DNA from: a virus
Lineage: Duplodnaviria; Heunggongvirae; Uroviricota; Caudoviricetes
IMG/VR virus record: IMGVR_UViG_2681813271_000002
DNA: 23,092 nucleotides
Reading direction: 5' to 3' (one strand)
Every line of letters starts with the position of its first letter. Position 1 is the stretch's first letter. Of this stretch, positions 1 through 11,627 are shown in pieces. Position numbers and translations under genes: made by a program. The notes below the pieces were generated by a model that saw only the letters and a list, made by a program, of their open reading frames with translations, was not told the DNA's origin and did not search any database.

Positions 1-105
1 TGTGCGGGAATAATCAAAAACGATGCACACCGGGGTTACCGGGTACACATATTTCATCATGCCAGCGAGTCCGGTTCTGGCACGGAAGAAACCGGACGTT
101 ATGAT

Positions 106-534
106 TTAGTGCGGAAATATTTGTGTAGTGTTCTGTATGTTCTCAGTAAAGAGTAATGAATTATCAAAGGTATAGTAATANNNNNNNNNNNNNNNNNNNN
201 NNNNNNNNNNNNNNNNNNNNNNNNNNNNNNNNAAAACCCCTGCTGTAGCAAGATTTTTCCTGTATTCGTAAAATGATAACTCTCCTGATTTGAATCCTTT
301 TAAGGTGGCTTCTATAAGGCATTTATTTTTTGAAAATCTTACATTTACAACCTTACCCTGTCCTTTTATTAAAACCGTATTATCGTTTTCAAGAACAAGA
401 TGAATATTCTCTGTGGCTAAATAGTAAATGTAATGTGAGACATTGTGACGTTTTAGTTCAGAATAAAACCAGTGATAGTTTAAATTATTTCGCACTTTAT
501 CGAATATTTGTTTAAAAATGGCAACCTGAGCCAT
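106..534 (-). CDS. ydfO: DUF1398-family prophage accessory protein (YdfO/YbcV-like); interior interrupted by N-run 181-232
   Basis: Minus-strand ORF 106-549 from the track. Translation ([55 protein letters not shown]...[22 protein letters not shown]) matches my recollection of E. coli cryptic-prophage YdfO/YbcV proteins. The second in-frame ATG (534) has a GGAAGG Shine-Dalgarno 7 nt upstream; the first ATG (549) has none, so 534 is preferred. Position next to a ynfO-like gene and a Nu1 homologue mirrors the Qin prophage order nohA-ynfO-ydfO. Confidence 0.55.
   Translation of the reverse strand: MAQVAIFKQIFDKVRNNLNYHWFYSELKRHNVSHYIYYLATENIHLVLENDNTVLIKGQGKVVNVRFSKNKCLIEATLKGFKSGELSFYEYRKNLATAGVXXXXXXXXXXXXXXXXXXYYYTFDNSLLFTENIQNTTQIFPH
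181..232. other. N-run (52 nt), unresolved sequence inside the ydfO-like gene
   Basis: Run of n in the sequence. Confidence 1.
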
Positions 535-591
535 TGTAGTACCTTCCATGTGATATGAGGGGGCGTAGTCTGCACGATTATCTAAATTGCT

Positions 592-825
592 TCAATCTGG
601 TCTAACCTGTTTTCTGAGCAATTCAGTAATGTCACTCTTTTCTTTGTTTGCTTCAGGCGAAACTCTTTTTTCTGAGCACAGTCTCCGGCGGCAGGCTTCA
701 ATGACCCAGGCTGAGAAATTCCCGGACCCTTTTTGAACAAGAGCGATGTTAATTTGTTCAATCATTTGGTTAGGAAAGCGGATGTTGCGGGTTGTTGTTC
801 TGCGGGTTCTGTTCTTCGTTGACAT
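592..825 (-). CDS. ynfO: DUF3950-family small prophage protein (YnfO/YlcI-like), possible ribbon-helix-helix DNA binder
   Basis: 77-aa minus-strand ORF, MSTKNRTRRTTTRNIRFPNQMIEQINIALVQKGSGNFSAWVIEACRRRL..., matching recalled YnfO/YlcI proteins found next to terminase small-subunit genes in E. coli lambdoid prophages. Basic N-terminus followed by a short beta-strand/helix pattern is compatible with an RHH fold (inference). Confidence 0.6.
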   Translation of the reverse strand: MSTKNRTRRTTTRNIRFPNQMIEQINIALVQKGSGNFSAWVIEACRRRLCSEKRVSPEANKEKSDITELLRKQVRPD

Positions 826-984
826 GAGGTTGCCCTGTATTCAGTGTCGCTGATTTGTATTGTCTGAAGTTGTTTTTACGTTAAGTTGATGCAGATCAAT
901 TAATACGATACCTGCGTCATAATTGATTATTTGACGTGGTTTGATGGCGTAGATGCACGTTGTGACATGTAGATGATAATTATT

Positions 985-1200
985 ATCATTTTGCGGGTCC
1001 TTTCCGGCGATCCGACAGGTTACGGGGCGGAAGGCGCGCGGGTTTTCGCTATTTATGACAATTTTCCGGTTTAAGGCGTTTCCGTTCTTCTTCGCCGTAA
1101 CCTAATGTTTTTATTTAAAACACCCCCTGAAAAGAAAGGAAACGACAGGTGCTGAAAACGGGCTTTTTGGCCTCTGTCGTTTCCTTTCTCTGTTTTTGTC
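985..1200 (+). promoter_or_regulatory. cos: cos DNA-packaging site: cosQ, cosN and cosB with three Nu1-binding R elements
   Basis: Near-identity to the recalled lambda right-end/left-end junction (…gatgataattattatcattttgcgggtcctttccggcgatccgacaggttacg|gggcgg…cgcgggttttcgctatttatga…). R-element motif CGTTTCC(G/T)TTCT occurs at 1077-1090 (R3), inverted at 1134-1148 (R2) and direct at 1177-1190 (R1). R2 and R1 form a perfect 15-bp inverted repeat (gaaaggaaacgacag at 1134-1148, ctgtcgtttcctttc at 1174-1188). Sits immediately upstream of nu1. Confidence 0.85.
1025..1036 (+). promoter_or_regulatory. cosN: cosN cohesive-end segment (12 nt between the terminase nick sites); variant GGGCGGAAGGCG versus canonical lambda GGGCGGCGACCT
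   Basis: Flanks acg|…|cgcgggttttcgc are identical to lambda. The 12 nt between them differ at positions 7-12. Confidence 0.7.
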
Positions 1201-1213
1201 CGTGGAATGAACA

Positions 1214-1733
1214 ATGGAAGTCAACAAAAAGCAGCTGGCTGACATTTTCGGTGCGAGTATCCGTACCATTCAGAACTGGCAGGAACAGGGAATGCCCGTT
1301 CTGCGAGGCGGTGGCAAGGGTAATGAGGTGCTTTATGACTCTGCCGCCGTTATAAGATGGTATGCCGAAAGGGATGCTGAAATTGAGAACGAAAAGCTGC
1401 GCCGGGAAGTTGAAGAACTGCGGCAGGCCAGCGAGACAGATCTCCAGCCAGGGACTATTGAGTACGAACGCCATCGACTTACGCGTGCGCAGGCCGACGC
1501 ACAGGAGCTGAAAAATGCCAGAGACTCCGCTGAAGTGGTGGAAACCGCATTCTGTACTTTCGTGCTGTCGCGGATCGCAGGTGAAATTGCCAGTATTCTC
1601 GACGGGATCCCCCTGTCGGTGCAGCGGCGTTTTCCGGAACTGGAAAACCGACATGTTGATTTCCTGAAACGGGATATCATCAAAGCCATGAACAAAGCAG
1701 CCGCGCTGGATGAACTGATACCGGGGTTGCTGA

Positions 1734-1759
<26 letters not shown>
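1214..1759 (+). CDS. nu1: terminase small subunit Nu1 (cosB-binding)
   Basis: 181-aa ORF MEVNKKQLADIFGASIRTIQNWQEQGMPVLRGGGKGNEVLYD…, essentially lambda gpNu1. Located directly downstream of cosB; its 3' end overlaps A. Confidence 0.97.
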
Positions 1760-5440
<3,681 letters not shown>

Positions 5441-5460
<20 letters not shown>

Positions 5461-6760
5461 TCTCCCGCATATTGCCAGCATGGCTTTTAATGAGCCGCTG
5501 ATGCTTGAACCCGCCTATGCGCGGGTTTTCTTTTGTGCGCTTGCAGGCCAGCTTGGGATCAGCTGCCTGACGGATGCAGTATCCGGCGACAGCCTGACTG
5601 CCGGAGAGGCACCCGCGGCGCTGGCGTTATCCGGTGATGATGACGGACCACGACAGGCCCGCAGTTATCAGGTAATGAACGGCATCGCCGTGCTGCCGGT
5701 GTCCGGCACGCTGGTCAGCCGGACGCGGGCGCTGCAGCCGTACTCGGGGATGACCGGTTACAACGGCATTATCGCCCGTCTGCAACAGGCTGCCAGCGAC
5801 CCGATGGTGGACGGCATTCTGCTCGATATGGACACACCGGGCGGAATGGTGGCGGGAGCATTTGACTGCGCTGACATCATCGCCCGTGTGCGTGACATAA
5901 AGCCGGTATGGGCGCTGGCCAATGACATGAACTGCAGCGCAGGTCAGCTGCTTGCCAGTGCCGCCTCCCGGCGTCTGGTCACGCAGACCGCCCGGACAGG
6001 CTCCATCGGCGTCATGATGGCTCACAGTAATTACGGCGCTGCACTGGAGAAACAGGGCGTGGAAATCACGCTGATTTACAGCGGCAGCCATAAGGTGGAT
6101 GGCAACCCCTACAGCCATCTACCGGATGATGTCCGGGAAACATTGCAGTCCCGGATGGATGCAACCCGCCGGATGTTTGCACAGAAGGTGTCGGCATATA
6201 CCGGCCTGTCCGTGCAGGCTGTGCTGGATACCGAGGCTGCAGTGTACAGCGGTCAGGAGGCCATTGATGCCGGACTGGCTGATGAACTTGTTAACAGTAC
6301 CGATGCGATCACCGTCATGCGTGATGCACTGGATGCACGTAAATCCCGTCTCTCAGGAGGGCGAATGACCAAAGAGACTCAATCAACAACTGTTTCAGCC
6401 ACTGCTTCGCAGGCTGACGTTACTGGCGTGGTGCAAGCGACGGAGGGCGAGAACGCCAGCGCGGCGCAGCCGGACGTGAACGCGCAGATCACCGCAGCGG
6501 TTGCGGCAGAAAACAGTCGCATTATGGGGATCCTCAACTGTGAGGAGGCTCACGGACGCGAAGAACAGGCACGCGTGCTGGCCGAAACCCCCGGTATGAC
6601 CGTGGAAACGGCCCGCCGTATTCTGGCCGCAGCACCACAGAGTGCACAGACGCGCAGTGACACTGCGCTGGATCGTCTGATGCAGGGGGCACCGGCACCG
6701 CTGGCTGCAGGTAACCCGGCATCTGATGCCGTTAACGATTTGCTGAACACACCAGTGTAA
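5441..6760 (+). CDS. C: capsid assembly protease C (ClpP/SppA-like serine protease), GTG start
   Basis: The track ORF 5306-6760 contains the lambda gpC sequence starting at VTAELRNLPHIASMAFNEPLMLEPAYARVFF…. GTG at 5441 is preceded by gaggagaag (Shine-Dalgarno) and gives 439 aa, the gpC length. Overlaps the end of B. Confidence 0.93.
6365..6760 (+). CDS. nu3: scaffolding protein Nu3, nested in-frame in the 3' third of C
   Basis: In-frame ATG at 6365 preceded by ggaggg; encodes MTKETQSTTVSATASQADVTG… (131 aa), sharing the C stop. This is the known lambda C/Nu3 nested arrangement. Confidence 0.85.
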   Translation: MTKETQSTTVSATASQADVTGVVQATEGENASAAQPDVNAQITAAVAAENSRIMGILNCEEAHGREEQARVLAETPGMTVETARRILAAAPQSAQTRSDTALDRLMQGAPAPLAAGNPASDAVNDLLNTPV

Positions 6761-6769
6761 GGGATGTTT

Positions 6770-7102
6770 ATGACGAGCAAAGAAACCTTTACCCATTACC
6801 AGCCGCTGGGCAATAGTGACCCGGCTCATACCGCAACCGCGCCCGGCGGATTGAGTGCGAAAGCGCCTGCAATGACCCCGCTGATGCTGGACACCTCCAC
6901 CCGTAAGCTGGTTGCGTGGGATGGCACCACCGACGGTGCTGCCGTTGGCATTCTTGCGGTTGCTGCTGACCAGACCAGCACCACACTGACGTTCTACAAG
7001 TCCGGCACGTTCCGTTATGAGGATGTGCTCTGGCCGGAGGCTGCCAGCGACGAGACGAAAAAACGGACCGTGTTTGCCGGAACGGCAATCAGCATCGTTT
7101 AA
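6770..7102 (+). CDS. D: head decoration protein D
   Basis: [110 protein letters not shown], i.e. lambda gpD. The track ORF starts two codons upstream at 6764 (MFM…); 6770 is chosen to match lambda. Confidence 0.95.
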   Translation: MTSKETFTHYQPLGNSDPAHTATAPGGLSAKAPAMTPLMLDTSTRKLVAWDGTTDGAAVGILAVAADQTSTTLTFYKSGTFRYEDVLWPEAASDETKKRTVFAGTAISIV

Positions 7103-7122
7103 CTTTACCCTTCATCACTAAA

Positions 7123-7146
7123 GGCCGCCTGTGCGGCTTTTTTTAC
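7123..7146 (+). terminator. GC stem-loop followed by a T-run between D and E (terminator-like or mRNA-stabilising hairpin)
   Basis: ggccgc-ctgt-gcggc followed by ttttttt (7138-7144), seen directly. Whether it terminates in vivo is unknown; lambda late transcripts are Q-antiterminated. Confidence 0.4.
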
Positions 7147-7157
7147 GGGATTTTTTT

Positions 7158-8183
7158 ATGTCGATGTACACAACCGCCCAGCTGCTGGCGGCAAATGAGC
7201 AGAAATTTAAGTTTGATCCGCTGTTTCTGCGTCTCTTTTTCCGTGAGAGCTATCCCTTCACTACGGAGAAAGTCTATCTCTCACAAATTCCGGGACTGGT
7301 AAACATGGCGCTGTACGTTTCGCCGATTGTTTCCGGTGAGGTTATCCGTTCCCGTGGCGGCTCCACCTCTGAATTTACGCCGGGATATGTCAAACCCAAG
7401 CATGAGGTGAATCCGCAGATGACCCTGCGTCGCCTGCCGGATGAAGATCCGCAGAATCTGGCGGACCCGGCTTACCGCCGCCGTCGCATCATCATGCAGA
7501 ACATGCGTGACGAAGAGCTGGCCATTGCTCAGGTCGAAGAGATGCAGGCAGTTTCTGCCGTGCTCAAGGGCAAATACACCATGACCGGTGAAGCCTTCGA
7601 TCCGGTTGAGGTGGATATGGGCCGCAGTGCGGCGAACAACATCACACAGTCCGGCGTCACGGAGTGGAGCAAGCGTGACAAGTCCACGTATGACCCGACC
7701 GACGATATCGAAGCCTACGCGCTGAACGCCAGCGGTGTGGTGAATATCATCGTGTTTGACCCGAAAGGCTGGGCGCTGTTCCGTTCCTTCAAAGCCGTCA
7801 AGGAGAAGCTGGATACCCGTCGCGGCTCTCATTCCGAGCTGGAGACAGCGGTAAAAGACCTGGGCAAAGCGGTGTCCTATAAGGGAATGTATGGCGATGT
7901 GGCCATCGTCGTGTATTCCGGACAGTACGTGGAAAACGGCGTCAAAAAGAACTTCCTGCCGGACAACACGATGGTGCTGGGGAACACTCAGGCTCGCGGT
8001 CTGCGCACCTATGGCTGCATTCAGGATGCGGACGCACAGCGCGAAGGCATTAACGCCTCTGCCCGTTACCCGAAAAACTGGGTGACCACCGGCGATCCGG
8101 CGCGTGAGTTCACCATGATTCAGTCAGCACCGCTGATGCTGCTGGCTGATCCTGATGAGTTCGTGTCCGTTCAACTGGCGTAA
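7158..8183 (+). CDS. E: major capsid protein E (HK97 fold)
   Basis: MSMYTTAQLLAANEQKFKFDPLFLRLFFRESYPFTTEKVYLSQIPGLVNMALYVSPIVSGEVIRSRGG…FVSVQLA, 341 aa as in lambda gpE. The track ORF begins upstream at 7131; the lambda-type start is ATG 7158. Confidence 0.96.
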   Translation: MSMYTTAQLLAANEQKFKFDPLFLRLFFRESYPFTTEKVYLSQIPGLVNMALYVSPIVSGEVIRSRGGSTSEFTPGYVKPKHEVNPQMTLRRLPDEDPQNLADPAYRRRRIIMQNMRDEELAIAQVEEMQAVSAVLKGKYTMTGEAFDPVEVDMGRSAANNITQSGVTEWSKRDKSTYDPTDDIEAYALNASGVVNIIVFDPKGWALFRSFKAVKEKLDTRRGSHSELETAVKDLGKAVSYKGMYGDVAIVVYSGQYVENGVKKNFLPDNTMVLGNTQARGLRTYGCIQDADAQREGINASARYPKNWVTTGDPAREFTMIQSAPLMLLADPDEFVSVQLA

Positions 8184-8224
8184 TCATGGCCCTTCGGGGC
8201 CATTTTCTCTCTGTGGAGGAGTTC

Positions 8225-8623
8225 ATGACGAAAGATGAACTGATTGCCCGTCTTCAGGAGCTGGGTGAGCAATTGAACCGCGATGTCAGTTTGACGGGAA
8301 CGAAAGAAGAACTGGCGCTTCGTGTGGCAGAGCTGGAAGAAGAGCTTGATGACACGGATGAAACTGCCGGTCAGGACACCCCTCTCAGCCGGGAAAATGT
8401 GCTGACCGGGCATGAAAATGAGGTGGTATCAGCGCAGCCGGATACCGTGATTCAGGATACGGCTGAACTGGTCACGGTCGTGGCACTGGTGACGCTGCAT
8501 ACTGATGCACTTCACGCCACGCGGGATAAACCTGTGGCATTTGTGCTGCCGGGAACGGCGTTTCGTGTCTCTGCCGGTGTGGCAGCCGAAATGACAGAGC
8601 GCGGCCTGGCCAGAATGCAATAA
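8225..8623 (+). CDS. FI: DNA packaging/head assembly protein FI
   Basis: MTKDELIARLQELGEQLNRDVSLTGTKEELALRVAELEEELDDTDETAGQDTPLSRENVLTGHENEVVSAQPDTVIQDTAELVTVVALV…ERGLARMQ. ATG at 8225 is preceded by ggagga. Confidence 0.93.
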   Translation: MTKDELIARLQELGEQLNRDVSLTGTKEELALRVAELEEELDDTDETAGQDTPLSRENVLTGHENEVVSAQPDTVIQDTAELVTVVALVTLHTDALHATRDKPVAFVLPGTAFRVSAGVAAEMTERGLARMQ

Positions 8624-8634
8624 CGGGAGGCGCT

Positions 8635-8988
8635 GTGGCTGATTTCGATAACCTGTTCGATGCTGCCATTGCCCGCGCCGATGAAACGATACGCGGGTAC
8701 ATGGGAACGTCAGCCACCATGACATCCGGTGAGCAGTCAGGTGCGGTGATACGTGGTGTTTTTGATGACCCTGAAAATATCAGCTATGCCGGACAGGGCG
8801 TGCGCGTTGAAGGCTCCAGCCCGTCCCTGTTTGTCCGGACTGATGAGGTGCGGCAGCTGCGGCGTGGAGACACGCTGACCATCGGTGAGGAAAATTTCTG
8901 GGTAGATCGGGTTTCGCCGGATGATGGCGGAAGTTGTCATCTCTGGCTTGGACGGGGCGTACCGCCTGCCGTTAACCGTCGCCGCTGA
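8635..8988 (+). CDS. FII: head-tail connector protein FII
   Basis: 117-aa ORF MADFDNLFDAAIARADETIRGYMGTSATMTSGEQSGAVIRGVFDDPENISYAGQGVRVEGSSPSLFVRTDEVRQLRRGDTLTIGEENFWVDRVSPDDGGSCHLWLGRGVPPAVNRRR, matching lambda gpFII. Confidence 0.95.
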   Translation: MADFDNLFDAAIARADETIRGYMGTSATMTSGEQSGAVIRGVFDDPENISYAGQGVRVEGSSPSLFVRTDEVRQLRRGDTLTIGEENFWVDRVSPDDGGSCHLWLGRGVPPAVNRRR

Positions 8989-8999
8989 AAGGGGGATGT

Positions 9000-9633
9000 A
9001 TGGCCATAAAAGNNNNNNNNNNNNNNNNNNNNNNNNNNNNNNNNNNNNNNNNNNNNNNNNNNCAGCCGTATCAGCAAAACGGCGGTGCCCGGTGCCGCCG
9101 CAATGGCCATTAACCGCGTTGCTTCATCCGCGATATCGCAGTCTGCGTCACAGGTTGCCCGTGAGACAAAGGTACGCCGGANNNNNNNNNNNNNNNNNNN
9201 NNNNNNNNNNNNNNNNNNNNNNNNNNNNNNNNNNNNNNNNNNNNNNNNNNNNNNNNNNNNNNNNNNNNNNNNNNNAGTTAACCGGGGGGATTTGCCCGTA
9301 ATCAAGCTGGGTAATGCGCGGGTTGTCCTGTCCCGCCGCAGGCGTCATAAAAAGGGGCAGCGTTCATCCCTGAAAGGTGGCGGCAGCGTGCTTGTGGTGG
9401 GTAACCGTCGTATTCCCGGCGCGTTTATTCAGCAACTGAAAAACGGCCGGTGGCATGTTATGCAGCGTGTGGCCGGGAAAAACCGTTACCCCATTGATGT
9501 GGTGAAAATCCCGATGGCGGTGCCGCTGACCACGGCGTTTAAACAGAATATTGAACGGATACGGCGTGAACGTCTTCCGAAAGAGCTGGGCTATGCGCTG
9601 CAGCATCAACTGAGAATGGTAATAAAGCGATGA
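9000..9633 (+). CDS. Z: tail completion protein Z; coding sequence interrupted by two N-runs, reading frame not continuous across the first
   Basis: ATG at 9000 (MAIK…). After the first N-run the sequence encodes …SRISKTAVPGAAAMAINRVASSAISQSASQVARETKVRR; after the second, VNRGDLPVIKLGNARVVLSRRRR…[11 protein letters not shown] and a stop at 9631-9633, which overlaps the U start (ATGA). All visible segments match lambda gpZ. The span is 55 nt longer than lambda Z (579 nt) and the frame shifts from 0 to 1 across the first gap. Confidence 0.85.
9013..9062. other. N-run (50 nt) inside Z
   Basis: Run of n; replaces about 25 nt of lambda-equivalent coding sequence. Confidence 1.
9182..9275. other. 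N-run (94 nt) inside Z
   Basis: Run of n; replaces about 65 nt of lambda-equivalent coding sequence. Confidence 1.
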
Positions 9634-10025
9634 AACATACTGAACTCCGTGCAGCCGTACTGGATGCACTGGAGAAGCATGACACCGGGGCGACGCTTTT
9701 TGATGGTCGCCCCGCTGTTTTTGATGAGGAAGATTTTCCGGCAATTGCCGTTTATCTCACCGGCGCTGAATACACGGGCGAAGAGCTGGACAGCGATACC
9801 TGGCAGGCGGAGCTGCATATTGAAGTTTTCCTGCCTGCTCAGGTGCCGGATTCAGAGCTGGATTCGTGGATGGAGTCCCGGATTTATCCGGTGATGAGCG
9901 ATATCCCGGCACTGTCAGATTTGATCACCAGTATGGTGGCCAGCGGCTATGACTACCGGCGCGACGATGATGCGGGCCTGTGGAGTTCAGCCGATCTGAC
10001 TTATGTCATTATCTATGAAATGTGA
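9630..10025 (+). CDS. U: tail terminator protein U
   Basis: 131-aa [75 protein letters not shown]…, matching lambda gpU. Confidence 0.95.
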   Translation: MKHTELRAAVLDALEKHDTGATLFDGRPAVFDEEDFPAIAVYLTGAEYTGEELDSDTWQAELHIEVFLPAQVPDSELDSWMESRIYPVMSDIPALSDLITSMVASGYDYRRDDDAGLWSSADLTYVIIYEM

Positions 10026-10032
10026 GGACGCT

Positions 10033-10773
10033 ATGCCTGTACCAAATCCTACAATGCCGGTGAAAGGTGCCGGGACCACCCTGTGGGTTTATAAGGGGAG
10101 CGGTGACCCTTATGCGAACCCGCTTTCAGACGTTGACTGGTCGCGTCTGGCAAAAGTTAAAGACCTGACGCCCGGCGAACTGACCGCTGAGTCCTATGAC
10201 GACAGCTATCTCGATGATGAAGATGCAGACTGGACTGCGACCGGGCAGGGGCAGAAATCTGCCGGAGATACCAGCTTCACGCTGGCGTGGATGCCCGGAG
10301 AGCAGGGGCAGCAGGCGCTGCTGGCGTGGTTTAATGAAGGTGATACCCGTGCCTATAAAATCCGCTTCCCGAACGGCACGGTCGATGTGTTCCGTGGCTG
10401 GGTCAGCAGTATCGGTAAGGCGGTGACGGCGAAGGAGGTGATTACCCGCACGGTGAAGGTCACCAATGTGGGACGTCCGTCGATGGCAGAAGATCGCAGT
10501 ACGGTGACGGCGACGACCGGCATGACGGTGACACCCGCCAGTGCTTCCGTAGTGAAAGGGCAGAGCACCACGCTGACCGTGGCATTCCAGCCGGATGGCG
10601 CAACCGACAAGAGCTTCCGTGCGGTGTCTGCGGATAAAACAAAAGCCACCGTGTCGGTCAGTGGTATGACCATCACCGTGAAAGGTGTTGCTGCAGGCAA
10701 GGTCAACATTCCGGTCGTATCTGGTAATGGTGAGTTTGCTGCGGTTGCAGAAATCAACGTCACCGCCAGTTAA
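10033..10773 (+). CDS. V: major tail tube protein V (with C-terminal Ig-like domain)
   Basis: The track ORF 10003-10773 contains [36 protein letters not shown]…. ATG at 10033 is preceded by gagga and gives 246 aa, the lambda gpV length. Confidence 0.95.
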   Translation: MPVPNPTMPVKGAGTTLWVYKGSGDPYANPLSDVDWSRLAKVKDLTPGELTAESYDDSYLDDEDADWTATGQGQKSAGDTSFTLAWMPGEQGQQALLAWFNEGDTRAYKIRFPNGTVDVFRGWVSSIGKAVTAKEVITRTVKVTNVGRPSMAEDRSTVTATTGMTVTPASASVVKGQSTTLTVAFQPDGATDKSFRAVSADKTKATVSVSGMTITVKGVAAGKVNIPVVSGNGEFAAVAEINVTAS

Positions 10774-10788
10774 TCCGGAGAGTCAGCG

Positions 10789-11211
10789 ATGTTCCTGAAA
10801 ACCGAATCATTTGAACATAACGGTGTGACCGTCACGCTTTCTGAACTGTCAGCCCTGCAGCGTATTGAGCATCTCGACCTGATGAAACGGCAGGCAGAAC
10901 AGGCGGAGTCAGACAGCAACCGGAAGTTTACTGTGGAAGACGCCATCAGAACCGGCGCTTTTGTGGTTGCGATGTCCCTGTGGCATAACCATCCGAAGAA
11001 GACGCAGATGCCGTCCATGAATGAAGCCGTTAAACAGATTGAGCAGGAAGTGCTTACCACCTGGCCCACAGAGGCAATTTCTCATGCTGAAAACGTGGTG
11101 TACCGGCTGTCCGGTATGTATGAGTTTGTGGTGAATGATGCTCCTGAACAGGCAGAGGACGCCGGGCCTGCAGAGCCTGTTTCTGCGGGAAAGTGTTCGA
11201 CGGTGAGCTGA
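10789..11211 (+). CDS. G: tail assembly chaperone G
   Basis: 140-aa ORF MFLKTESFEHNGVTVTLSELSALQRIEHLDLMKRQAEQAESD…, matching lambda gpG. Ends shortly after the slippery heptamer. Confidence 0.95.
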   Translation: MFLKTESFEHNGVTVTLSELSALQRIEHLDLMKRQAEQAESDSNRKFTVEDAIRTGAFVVAMSLWHNHPKKTQMPSMNEAVKQIEQEVLTTWPTEAISHAENVVYRLSGMYEFVVNDAPEQAEDAGPAEPVSAGKCSTVS

Positions 11212-11627
11212 GTTTTGCCCTGAAACTGGCGCGTGAGATGGGGCGACCCGACTGGCGCGCCATGCTTGCCGGGATGTCATCCACGGAGTATGCCGACTGG
11301 CACCGCTTTTACAGTACCCATTATTTTCATGATGTTCTGCTGGATATGCACTTTTCCGGGCTGACGTACACCGTGCTCAGCCTGTTTTTCAGCGATCCGG
11401 AGATGCATCCGCTGGATTTCAGTCTGCTGAACCGGCGCGAGGCTGACGAAGAGCCTGAAGATGATGTGCTGATGCAGAAAGCGGCAGGGCTTGCCGGAGG
11501 TGTCCGCTTTGGCCCGGACGGGAATGAAGTTATCCCCGCTTCCCCGGATGTGGCGGACATGACGGAGGATGACGTAATGCTGATGACAGTATCAGAAGGG
11601 ATCGCAGGAGGAGTCCGGTATGGCTGA
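10789..11627 (+). CDS. G-T: tail assembly chaperone GT, made by a programmed -1 ribosomal frameshift from G into the T frame
   Basis: The -1 frame downstream of the slippery site is open to 11627 and encodes the lambda T sequence (…FDGELSFALKLAREMGRPDWRAMLAGMSSTEYADWHRFYSTHYFHDVLLD…). The G/GT frameshift is established for lambda-like phages. Confidence 0.85.
11187..11193 (+). other. -1 programmed frameshift slippery heptamer G GGA AAG (G to GT)
   Basis: gggaaag at 11187-11193 in X XXY YYZ phase relative to the G frame (codons gga 11188-11190, aag 11191-11193), the same heptamer used in lambda. Confidence 0.85.

Noticed and set aside
60-105. Inverted repeat tccggtt…aaccgga downstream of the ydfO-like gene as a possible terminator
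   Set aside because: The stem is followed by no U-rich tract on the transcribed (minus) strand and the loop is long (14 nt); not convincing as an intrinsic terminator.
330-515. 61-aa plus-strand ORF in the AT-rich left end
   Set aside because: Antisense to the ydfO-like gene, AT-rich low-complexity translation, no start context.
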